Source: Candidatus Woesearchaeota archaeon (lineage in GTDB: Archaea > Nanobdellota > Nanobdellia > Pacearchaeales > GW2011-AR1). Taken from it: DNA of 64,000 bases. The stretch spans positions 17,164-81,163 of the forward strand of contig CAZYZS010000002.1 in the NCBI GenBank assembly GCA_964651965.1, given 5' to 3'. Below are positions 1 to 8,388 of the stretch, one piece after another; position 1 is the stretch's first letter; every line of letters begins with the position of its first letter. A program made the position numbers and the translations under genes. The notes beneath the pieces are model-generated. The model saw only the letters and a program-made list of their open reading frames with translations, did no database searches and was not told the origin of the DNA.

Positions 1-393
1 TGAATCAGTAGGAAGCCCGGTAGCAGGAACTTTTCCTCCAAGCTTTTTGATAAATTCTGCCAAAATCCTATATTCAGTGTCAGAAACTTTCCTAAGCTTG
101 CAATTCAGATACTCTATCTTTAAACTAACTCCGCTGTTTTGCACTCTTTTCAAAAGTTCCTCTCTAACGTACTGCACCGATAGTGTTTTGCCGCAGCCAG
201 TTTTCCCATAAACAAACAGGTTGCTTGGCCTTTCTCCTTTTAACGCAGGTGCTAGAATTGCTGCTATCTGCTCTATCTCCTTATCTCTATGGGGTATTGT
301 TTGAGGAGTATAATTGGACTGGAGCATGGACTTGTCCTTGAAAATCGTATTCTTAGTTGCAGAATCAAAAATCTTGTCTAACTTTACTACCAT
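1..393 (-). CDS. cdc6: Orc1/Cdc6 replication initiator, N-terminal part only; the gene continues beyond the window start
   Basis: Reverse translation from the ATG at 393 reads MVVKLDKIFDSATKNTIFKDKSMLQSNYTPQTIPHRDKEIEQIAAILAPALKGERPSNLFVYGKTGCGKT.... This is the classic Orc1/Cdc6 N-terminus with a Walker A motif. It is absent from the ORF track because it runs off the window edge. Confidence 0.8.
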   Translation of the reverse strand, partial: MVVKLDKIFDSATKNTIFKDKSMLQSNYTPQTIPHRDKEIEQIAAILAPALKGERPSNLFVYGKTGCGKTLSVQYVREELLKRVQNSGVSLKIEYLNCKLRKVSDTEYRILAEFIKKLGGKVPATGLPTDS

Positions 394-969
394 CTTTTTG
401 CCACCTCTGTGAAAACAGAATTTTTAGAACACCTTCTTTTATAAACTTTCTTGTTCTCTATTATATACACACAACTTAAATTTTCTCTCGCCACACCTGA
501 CACGTATATTTCCTGTGCAACCAAAAAACTAAAAAAACGGGATATCATCGAGTTAGTAAAGAATATTGCCTTAAAAACAAGTGTAATCACCTAAAAATTA
601 GAACACCTTTATTTCCTATGCAAATTAGATTATTATTTATTATATTCTCTGTAAAAGCTGTTTTATATAATATCTTTCTTATTATTATATATTATATAAA
701 TATTAATATAATATATATAATATAATATAGAAAACTTTATAAATAAAAAATAGAAAAAAAGAAGCCGCTTTTGCCTTTTTAAACTTTTCTAATCTTTTCC
801 ATAAGAAACCTTAGGGTGAGGGTCTTTCTTTCCTCTTTTCCAGTCTTTCTTTTAAAAAAGGTTCGCACAAATATGTTATTCTGTAGTAGGTAAAAATCTT
901 AACAAAACCACATTTCAAAAAAGTTATAAAGTCGAATTAATTATAGAATTAACGGGCAAAATTAATCAG
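394..969. other. Candidate replication origin region next to orc1/cdc6, with an AT-rich unwinding element at about 640-760
   Basis: Long non-coding stretch beside orc1/cdc6. It contains a nearly pure A/T run (tattattatatattatataaatattaatataatatatataatataatatag) and a direct repeat TTAGAACACCTT at 424-435 and 598-609. Confidence 0.35.
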
Positions 970-1332
970 TTGTTAGGTATTGCGAATAATTTAGCTGATA
1001 GTTTTGTTAGTGTAACTAATCTTCGCTTCCTTAAGTACCTAGAACTTTTGCCCACTGAAAAAACAAAGTCATTTGAAATCGATCTATTAAAAGAAACTAT
1101 CCGACCCGAAGACTTGATGGATAAGACATTCAAGGACACTATAGATAAATATAGAGAGTGGTTTCTTTCCGAAATCGCTAGGCTAAAAATTGATTTAAAA
1201 GATATAGAAAAAGTAATTATCAAAATTTCGCACAAATCCGGAAAATCTTTTGGCAGCCATTATACTTGCGATGTAACTGTTACTGCGAGGGGCAAAGATT
1301 ATATCAAAAAAGTATTTTCTTCTTACTCTTAG
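970..1332 (+). CDS. hypothetical protein
   Basis: 120-aa ORF with no confident family match. Confidence 0.4.
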   Translation: MLGIANNLADSFVSVTNLRFLKYLELLPTEKTKSFEIDLLKETIRPEDLMDKTFKDTIDKYREWFLSEIARLKIDLKDIEKVIIKISHKSGKSFGSHYTCDVTVTARGKDYIKKVFSSYS

Positions 1333-1396
1333 CCCCCTTTTTCAATATCCTTTTCATCACAGAAAACTTTATAAATGAATTCCTTATACTTACTAT

Positions 1397-1657
1397 ATGG
1401 CGATAGACAAAAAACCGCTCAAAGATATAATTGCAAAATTGGTTGTGACAAAAGAGGGCAAGAGATTGGGCTTAGTGAAAGATATAACCTTCGAAACGCG
1501 AACTGGAGAGCTTATTCAAATAGCTCTTAAAGACCCTACTGCTTACACAAGAAACCTGAATTTGGAAAAGACAAAGCAAGGAGAGGTTCTTATTCCATAT
1601 TCGGCAATCGTTGCTATAGGGGACTTTGTTGTAGTAAGTGAAGAAGACTTGGTTTAA
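1397..1657 (+). CDS. PRC-barrel domain protein
   Basis: 86 aa with GxRLGxVxDITFETRTGEL, the typical archaeal PRC-barrel signature. Confidence 0.55.
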   Translation: MAIDKKPLKDIIAKLVVTKEGKRLGLVKDITFETRTGELIQIALKDPTAYTRNLNLEKTKQGEVLIPYSAIVAIGDFVVVSEEDLV

Positions 1658-1719
1658 ATCTTATTAAAAACTAATTCCTATATAATTTAAACAAACTACT
1701 TAAACAAAGCATTTTAAAA

Positions 1720-2145
1720 ATGAGAATAATTGGCTTTAATTTTAAAAAAATCAGTGCAGAGAGAAAAAGCGATTTAAAAGGAAAACTGCAAATAAAAACC
1801 CACATGGACCTAGAGAAAGTAGAAAAAGAAGATTTAGATATTGCAGGTGAAATCTTAAGATTTTCTTTTGTTTACACAATAAATTACGAGCCAAACCATG
1901 CAATAATCGCATTCGAAGGAAGCGTTTTGATAAAGCCAGACAAAGGTTACGATACCAAGCAGCTGCTCAAGGACTGGAAGAAAAAGAAGCTCCCAGAGGA
2001 AGTTCGTTTTTTGGTTTTTAACTTTGTTATGACCAAATGCAATTTAAGAGCTCTGCAGTTAGAAGAAGAATTTTCTCTTCCTCCGCACATTCCGCTCCCG
2101 AGAATCACCAAAGAGCAAGAAGGAAAAGTCAATTATACAGGATAA
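1720..2145 (+). CDS. hypothetical protein
   Basis: 141-aa ORF, not recognised. Confidence 0.4.
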   Translation: MRIIGFNFKKISAERKSDLKGKLQIKTHMDLEKVEKEDLDIAGEILRFSFVYTINYEPNHAIIAFEGSVLIKPDKGYDTKQLLKDWKKKKLPEEVRFLVFNFVMTKCNLRALQLEEEFSLPPHIPLPRITKEQEGKVNYTG

Positions 2146-2195
2146 AAGCATTCTTTATAAAACACATTCTCCATCGCAATAATAATTAAAAATAA

Positions 2196-2456
2196 TTGCG
2201 CGTGCTACACCTCATGCCAGAAAGCAGATATTCCTCAAAATTATGCGAATACATAGGAAAAGTCGAGCTAGAAGCCTTTCAGTCCAGAGATCAATTTAGG
2301 CGTTACACTCATTTTTGTGATGCTCCAAAGAGTTTGCCTAGCAGACTATCACCAGGAGAAATAGAATTAGCAAGAAAGTATTTCGCTTCAAGAGCAAGAG
2401 AAACACGCCCAGCAAATATTGGTAGTGCATCAAGCGACTCCAGCGAGGGAGACTAG
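2196..2456 (+). CDS. hypothetical protein in a GC-richer islet
   Basis: 86-aa ORF whose GC content is noticeably higher than its surroundings. Confidence 0.3.
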   Translation: MRVLHLMPESRYSSKLCEYIGKVELEAFQSRDQFRRYTHFCDAPKSLPSRLSPGEIELARKYFASRARETRPANIGSASSDSSEGD

Positions 2457-2518
2457 CACAAATTTTTCAACTTACAAATCCTATAATTTTATTAACCCTC
2501 TTATCTAAACTATTTTAT

Positions 2519-2614
2519 GCCCAGATGCGACAATGGTTTACTCGAGCGGTCTCGAATTGAAAACACGATAACCGCGTCCTTCGGGACTTCCAGGTTCGAA
2601 TCCTGGTCTGGGCG
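2519..2614 (+). tRNA. tRNA-Ser(CGA) with a putative 13-nt intron 3' of the anticodon
   Basis: Manual fold: acceptor GCCCAGA/TCTGGGC; anticodon stem GCGGT/ACCGC with loop CTCGAA[intron]A; class II variable hairpin GTCCTTCGGGAC; T-arm CCAGG-TTCGAAT-CCTGG. Confidence 0.6.
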
Positions 2615-2728
2615 TGCACTTCTTAGTTTCTTTATTATCTTATTAAGAGAAGCGCAGGCACAGCGGGCGTTACTATAACAACATCTATTTTAGAGGACAT
2701 AAATTCTTATAAGTCTCAGTTCTATTAT

Positions 2729-3160
2729 ATGGATATGTTAGTTTTGAGCAGGCAGAGAGACGAGTCTATAATGATTGGAGATGAAGTAGAAATAACTATT
2801 GTTGATGTTAGAGGAGATAAAGTCCGTCTTGGGATAACTTACCCTAAACGCATACCAGTTCATCGCAGAGAAATATACGATGCAATTCAGAGGGAAAAAG
2901 CCCAACAAGTTCAAGGAGATGCCCAAGTGCATGTTGAAGGTGCGCCTAGAGAGGCCGGGCTAGAAGAAAGAAATAAAGGAGGCTACTTTAATTGTTGTGG
3001 GGCTTATGGAGGAATGACAGCTACACAAGGAGCCCGCAGGAGAGTTTCTTCGACTGGAGTAGAAATATATTGTCAGAAAAGAGACAGCCAAGGTTATTGT
3101 GGATTTGAGCATACCGGCGATCCAAGCTTATGCCCTTTTAGTTTAGAAGGAGTGGTATAG
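2729..3160 (+). CDS. csrA: CsrA-family RNA-binding regulator homolog with a roughly 80-aa Cys-rich C-terminal extension; the likely start is the second Met at 2735
   Basis: MLVLSRQRDESIMIGDEVEITIVDVRGDKVRLGITYPKRIPVHRREIYDAIQREKAQQ aligns nearly position-for-position with E. coli CsrA ([58 protein letters not shown]). The extension contains CC...C...C...C. Confidence 0.75.
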   Translation: MDMLVLSRQRDESIMIGDEVEITIVDVRGDKVRLGITYPKRIPVHRREIYDAIQREKAQQVQGDAQVHVEGAPREAGLEERNKGGYFNCCGAYGGMTATQGARRRVSSTGVEIYCQKRDSQGYCGFEHTGDPSLCPFSLEGVV

Positions 3161-3173
3161 TCCTCCTAATAAT

Positions 3174-3929
3174 TTATACAAGCTCCCCAACTTTCCCAAA
3201 CTTATAGACTTCATCTCCAACAACATAAGCCTCAAACTCTCGTAGCTCTCTCTCAGGGATAAACATCCTGTTATCTTCAAGGTTTGCTACCTCGCTGCCC
3301 TCGACAAACGGGAAAAATGAAGGAAGGATTATTACTTTTTTATCTTTCCATTTCCCAACTAAGAAACATTTGTATTTTTCTTTTTTATAATCATCAGAGA
3401 GCACAACAGCAGGATGCCTGTGCCCCAACACCAACATTTTTATCCCTTTATCCAGGCATTCTGGAAATATTTTATCACCATGAACGAAACAAACCCCCTC
3501 TTCTACATAGTAGTCCACTACGCTCAGCTCTTTTCTCTCTGCAATTGGGCCCAAAACAGTATCATGATTTCCCTTAACAAGCACAACTTTTTCAGCTTTT
3601 TCTTTGAAAATATCCAAAATTCCTTTCACCTCTCTCCATTCCTGCTCAGAAATATCTCCAAATTCATGTTTTAAATCTCCAACAACAACTATTTCTTTTA
3701 TTTTTCCTTCATTTTCTTTTTTTATTTCTTCAAAAACCTTGTTCAAATCTTTTACAGTTTCTTCAAACTGATTTCTTGGAACAAAAATTCCCTGCTCATT
3801 CAGACTTTCTTCCCATCCCAGATGCAAATCTCCTAAAACCAGGATTTTCTGCACAGGAAAATACAGGGTTTTGCCTATAAACTTAAAATCATCCATAATA
3901 AACATGTAGCTTAAGAACTTTAAAAACAA
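3174..3929 (-). CDS. calcineurin-like metallophosphoesterase
   Basis: Motifs GDLHLG, VGDLKHEFG, GNHD, GHRH. Confidence 0.7.
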   Translation of the reverse strand: MFLKFLSYMFIMDDFKFIGKTLYFPVQKILVLGDLHLGWEESLNEQGIFVPRNQFEETVKDLNKVFEEIKKENEGKIKEIVVVGDLKHEFGDISEQEWREVKGILDIFKEKAEKVVLVKGNHDTVLGPIAERKELSVVDYYVEEGVCFVHGDKIFPECLDKGIKMLVLGHRHPAVVLSDDYKKEKYKCFLVGKWKDKKVIILPSFFPFVEGSEVANLEDNRMFIPERELREFEAYVVGDEVYKFGKVGELV

Positions 3930-3931
3930 TT

Positions 3932-4945
3932 CTAAATATCATAATTTCCTAAAGAATGCTGCCCGTGCTCGTGCACATTGTCAAACAAAACACTCAAAGA
4001 CTGCCCTGTTGCTGTCCTGTAAATAGCCTCTCCAAATAATTTTATCATGCTTACTACCTCTATGTTCTCTGCCTTTGGCGGATTTAAAGTATCAGAAACA
4101 AAAACCTTGTCAAAAATCTTGAATTTTTCAACACCTTCTGTAAATAATCCATGAGTCCCATAGGTAAAAATCTTCTTGGCCCCATTCTCTTTGAGCTTCT
4201 CCGCTGTTTTTATCATTGTATTTCCAGTATCAATAATATCATCCACAATCAAGCAGTTTTTTCCAGCAACGTCTCCAATGATTACTATTTTAGCCACCTC
4301 ATTGTCTTTTTCCCGTGTTTTATGCCCAAATGCAACTCCAGATTCTATACCCCTTTCTTTAAGCTTTTTGACAAAATAATCTGCTCTCTTTCCTCCTCCA
4401 AGGTCAGGCGAGACAATAATCAAGTCCTTTAGAAAATCCGAGTGATTTTTTTGAAGGTAATTAAGGAGGCTTGTTAAAGAATAAAGATTATCAAAGGGAA
4501 TCTTAAAATACTCCTGTATCTGCGGCGCATGCAAATCTACAGTCATTCCCCTGTCTGCGTAAAGCGAAACAGTATCTGCCAATGCCTTGGCATTAACACT
4601 TACTCTCGACTCATCTTTTCTGTCCTGTCTAGCAAACCGTGTGTAAGGCAAAACAATATTTACCTCTTTAGGAGAAGAAAAAGTAGTTGCTTCTAGCACA
4701 AAAATTAGTTCTGTGAACCATTCTGAAGGGTTTTTATTTGAATCATGGATTAAAAAGCATCTCTTCCCTCTTATGTTTTCAGCTATTTTTATCTTAAACT
4801 CTCCGTCTTTAAAGGTGCTTTTGTTCATATTAATAATGCTCACAGAAAAATCTTTGCTTTCTTTCATCTTTAAATAATCATAAATCCCCTTCGCGAAATC
4901 GTATCCTTTACTTTTAGGATCAACTATAAGGGCAACCTCTTCCAT
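3932..4945 (-). CDS. prs: ribose-phosphate pyrophosphokinase (PRPP synthetase)
   Basis: YTRFARQDRK, VDLHAPQIQEYF and the PRPP-binding loop VDDIIDTGNT. Confidence 0.85.
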   Translation of the reverse strand: MEEVALIVDPKSKGYDFAKGIYDYLKMKESKDFSVSIINMNKSTFKDGEFKIKIAENIRGKRCFLIHDSNKNPSEWFTELIFVLEATTFSSPKEVNIVLPYTRFARQDRKDESRVSVNAKALADTVSLYADRGMTVDLHAPQIQEYFKIPFDNLYSLTSLLNYLQKNHSDFLKDLIIVSPDLGGGKRADYFVKKLKERGIESGVAFGHKTREKDNEVAKIVIIGDVAGKNCLIVDDIIDTGNTMIKTAEKLKENGAKKIFTYGTHGLFTEGVEKFKIFDKVFVSDTLNPPKAENIEVVSMIKLFGEAIYRTATGQSLSVLFDNVHEHGQHSLGNYDI

Positions 4946-4999
4946 AATTTAACAGAAATTTCTGCCTTTATAACCTTTATCAATATGCAGGATATATAT

Positions 5000-7573
5000 T
5001 TATCTCTCACTAATCTCTTTCAAATGCTCTTGGTGCATTCTTTTCAAGAACTCTATCTTATCTTCCATTTTTAATAAATCAGTGTATCCTTCTAGAACAA
5101 TAGAAAGTGCAAAGGGTGAAGGCAATTTTACATTTATTTGCTCTATTTTTACTTTTCCTTCTTTAATCCAGTCTAAAACCACTCTTGTATTATTAATATC
5201 CATTAGATCTTCCATAACTTCTCTTCTCGCCTCTCTTAAGATAGGAAAATTATGCGAAATCCTTTTTACAGAAGCAAGTAAAAAATGGCTCTTCATCTGC
5301 TGCTTTCCAACGGTCTTCCTTCTTCCTTTATAGCTCCTTAGTATCATTAACGCCCTTGTTGCGCAGTGCCTGAATCTCCTGTTTAATACTTCTGTCTTGC
5401 TGATTGCCTCTTCCAGTATTTCTTCCACATTTTTGCTGTCTAAGAATTTAAGTGCTTTCTCTATCTCTAGCTTTTCTCCAACCAGATAAAATCCATTATC
5501 TCTTATCCCCACTTCAATATCTCTCCCTCCTGCTCTACCGACCAAAAATGCCATTGCTCTTGACAGTGCATCGTTCACTCTCCTTCCATAAAGCGAGTGA
5601 AATATAGCATAGTTCTTTTCTCCCTTGTAGCGTTCAATAACTATCTTTTTTTCGTGAGGTATTAAAGCATATTTGAATTGCTCGTAAAAATAATTGTAAA
5701 TAGCCTCGCTAGCCTCTTTTTCGCAACATAGATATTCTTGAACGAACCCCCTGATTTCCTCAGGAGAACTTTTTTGTCTGAACCTTTCTTCCACTAACTT
5801 TCTAAATCTATTGATTTCATTTGCAGAGTCAAAGCTTAACGGCAGCATCTCTGAAAACCAGGAAGGTATTGTCGGAGGTCTCCTAACAGAGGAATTGACA
5901 TAAACATTCATCCCTCGAGTATACATGTATTGGTATTTGTGCCCCCCCAAAACAAAAACATCCCCTTTTTTCATTCTTTCAAGAAAGGCCTCATCTATGA
6001 CCCCTATTTTTTCTCCCATTCCATCTCCAGCAGCCACTATCACGCTGACAAAACTCTCTTCAGGTATTGTCCCTATGTTAGTCATATAAATCATTCTAGC
6101 TAATTTTCCTTTTTTCCCTATTTGTTTGGTTTCCTTATCGTACCATATTTTTGCATAGACGTTTCTTGCTTCTAATTCGTATTCCCCAGAAAGATAACTT
6201 AGAACATTAAGAAAATCTTCTCTGCTTAAACTCCTGTAACAATAGCTTTTCCTTATAAGAGAAAACATTTCTTCTTCTTCCCATACCTTATAGATAGCCA
6301 TTCCAAATATCTGCTGGCTTAAAACATCCAGGCAGTTTTGAGGTATCTGAATTTTGTCTATTTTTCTCTCCATTGCTTCTTTCGCTAAAACGCAGCATTC
6401 CACTAAATCATCCCTGTCCATTGCAATGAATCTTCCCTTGGCAACATCATGCAGCTTATGTCCTGCCCTCCCAATTCGCTGCAAGCTTCTTGCCACGCTT
6501 TTCGGGCTTCCCAAAAGTATCACAAGGTCAATGTATCCAATATCAATTCCAAGCTCTAAAGAAGTGCTTGTAACAACTACTTTTAATTTTCCTTCTCTTA
6601 ATCTCTGTTCTACATTAAATCGATGCTCTTTGCTTAAAGAAGAGTGGTGCGCCCCTATATTTTCCATATATCTATCAGGGAACTTCTCCTTTAAATGATG
6701 AATAACTCTTTCTGTAGCACTTCTTGTATTTGTGAATATTACTGTTGTTTTATGTTCCTGAATTAATTTATCCAAAAGTTCATAAAGAGAAGAATGAAGG
6801 AATTGCCCTTCTACATCTATCAAATCGCGGACAGGGGTTATTACTTTTATGTCTGTTTTTTTGACAAACTGAACATCTGCAATAAGACAATCTCTTTTCT
6901 GTCCTACTAAAAAATTAGCAATTTCTTCCAAGGGAGCAACTGTAGCAGAAAGCCCGATTCTTACAGGAGTTATCTTGCTTATCTCTTCCAGCCTTTCCAG
7001 GCTTAAACTTAGATAAACCCCTCTTTTGTTAGCTAAAGAATGTATCTCATCCACTATAACAAACTCTGTGCCTTTTAGCAGCTCCACGAAGTTTCTTGTA
7101 GTCAGGACAATTGCCAAAGTTTCCGGAGTGGTAATAAGTATGTGCGGCGCTTTTTTAAGCATCTTGCTTCTCTCACTGGTAGAAGTGTCCCCTGTCCTTA
7201 ATCCTACCCTTATATCTAATTTCCTGCCCCTAATTTTTTCCATCTCTTTTAATGGGTTATTTAAATTGACTTCAATATCTCTTGATAGCGCTTTGAGGGG
7301 GCTGACATAAATACAATAAGTCTTATTTTCTAGCTCGCCTTTTTCTTCTAAGCTCATCAGGTAGTCTAGAATAGACGCAAAAGCGCATAAAGTTTTGCCG
7401 CTTCCAGTAGGCGAGCTTACAAGTATGTTCTTCCTGCCCTTTATTGGAATGACAGCATATTTCTGAGACTCTGTGAATCCCCCAAATTTCTCTTTAAACC
7501 ATCTTCCTACCAAAGGGGTGAGGGAATTGAGTATCTCCTTATCTGAATTAGGCTTATTTATACGCTCTATCAT
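5000..7573 (-). CDS. lhr: Lhr-family ATP-dependent helicase (DEAD/DEAH superfamily 2)
   Basis: 857 aa with SSPTGSGKT, VIVDEIHS, SAT, an arginine finger GRAGH and the length and architecture of Lhr-core. Confidence 0.85.
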   Translation of the reverse strand: MIERINKPNSDKEILNSLTPLVGRWFKEKFGGFTESQKYAVIPIKGRKNILVSSPTGSGKTLCAFASILDYLMSLEEKGELENKTYCIYVSPLKALSRDIEVNLNNPLKEMEKIRGRKLDIRVGLRTGDTSTSERSKMLKKAPHILITTPETLAIVLTTRNFVELLKGTEFVIVDEIHSLANKRGVYLSLSLERLEEISKITPVRIGLSATVAPLEEIANFLVGQKRDCLIADVQFVKKTDIKVITPVRDLIDVEGQFLHSSLYELLDKLIQEHKTTVIFTNTRSATERVIHHLKEKFPDRYMENIGAHHSSLSKEHRFNVEQRLREGKLKVVVTSTSLELGIDIGYIDLVILLGSPKSVARSLQRIGRAGHKLHDVAKGRFIAMDRDDLVECCVLAKEAMERKIDKIQIPQNCLDVLSQQIFGMAIYKVWEEEEMFSLIRKSYCYRSLSREDFLNVLSYLSGEYELEARNVYAKIWYDKETKQIGKKGKLARMIYMTNIGTIPEESFVSVIVAAGDGMGEKIGVIDEAFLERMKKGDVFVLGGHKYQYMYTRGMNVYVNSSVRRPPTIPSWFSEMLPLSFDSANEINRFRKLVEERFRQKSSPEEIRGFVQEYLCCEKEASEAIYNYFYEQFKYALIPHEKKIVIERYKGEKNYAIFHSLYGRRVNDALSRAMAFLVGRAGGRDIEVGIRDNGFYLVGEKLEIEKALKFLDSKNVEEILEEAISKTEVLNRRFRHCATRALMILRSYKGRRKTVGKQQMKSHFLLASVKRISHNFPILREARREVMEDLMDINNTRVVLDWIKEGKVKIEQINVKLPSPFALSIVLEGYTDLLKMEDKIEFLKRMHQEHLKEISER

Positions 7574-7680
7574 CTTTAAATCTCCTTTAATTTATTTCCC
7601 TAGAACACCATTAATTCTTATCCAAGTAGAATCTCTTTTATCTATTGAGTATTAACCTTTAAAAACCTATTCAATTTTAA

Positions 7681-8040
7681 TTAATTCTCTGGCCAACCCA
7701 TTCTTACTTTTCCTTGGAATTGTTCAATCAATTCAGAAAGAGGGCTGTCACTTAAAAAAGCTCTATAAAATTCACTGTTAATTAACCAAGAAGAAGGTTT
7801 ATCATAGGCCTTACTAACATCTAACATTCTAGGATTCAAAAAAGCATTGCTTTTGGGATTATTATAAGCACTTTCAGGTAAGTTCCCCTCCCCGTTTCTT
7901 AAATCTCTAATCCAAACTTTACTTGGATGGGGTGTAAAGGAGATTTGCATAAATCTATCTAATCCTAGCTCGGGTATTTCTTTAGTCAAAGATAAATAAT
8001 TTCGACAAATTACTAAAGCCTGTTGTCCGGGATAATACAT
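7681..8040 (-). CDS. hypothetical protein
   Basis: 119-aa ORF with no match. Confidence 0.3.
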   Translation of the reverse strand: MYYPGQQALVICRNYLSLTKEIPELGLDRFMQISFTPHPSKVWIRDLRNGEGNLPESAYNNPKSNAFLNPRMLDVSKAYDKPSSWLINSEFYRAFLSDSPLSELIEQFQGKVRMGWPEN

Positions 8041-8388
8041 CCCAAAATACCCTAATGTTTCAATCTTCCCCGCACCCCCCTTCTTTGTTGGAATGTTGCG
8101 CAGATTACTTCTCTTTTTAATAAAACAGCTCCTCCTTCTCCAGGGATATAGGATTTATCTGTTTGTCTGGTTATTTCCAATCCTTGTTCCAAATTCTTTT
8201 TTCTCTTAAGTAATCCGCTCAGCATAGTCTTTTTAGTTATTAGGATTTTATAAAGATTGTTTCATTTCAAAACATATATGAATACTTCCCTGTTATTTAC
8301 AGCAGAAATGGCAAGAAATGTGGCTTGATATTCTGTTAAACGAATAACAAAAATATTTATAAAGTGGAGACTCTTTGATTTATCTACA

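Noticed and set aside
2729-3160. Treating the CsrA-like gene as evidence that the contig is bacterial
   Set aside because: The flanking and downstream genes (Orc1/Cdc6, L18e, L21e, Rpo subunits, Rpp21, intron-containing tRNAs) are unambiguously archaeal. The CsrA gene is better explained as a horizontally acquired islet.
5082-7310. Several 80-115-aa plus-strand ORFs (5082..5333, 6354..6698, 7026..7310)
   Set aside because: All lie antisense inside the well-supported Lhr helicase gene. They are shadow ORFs.
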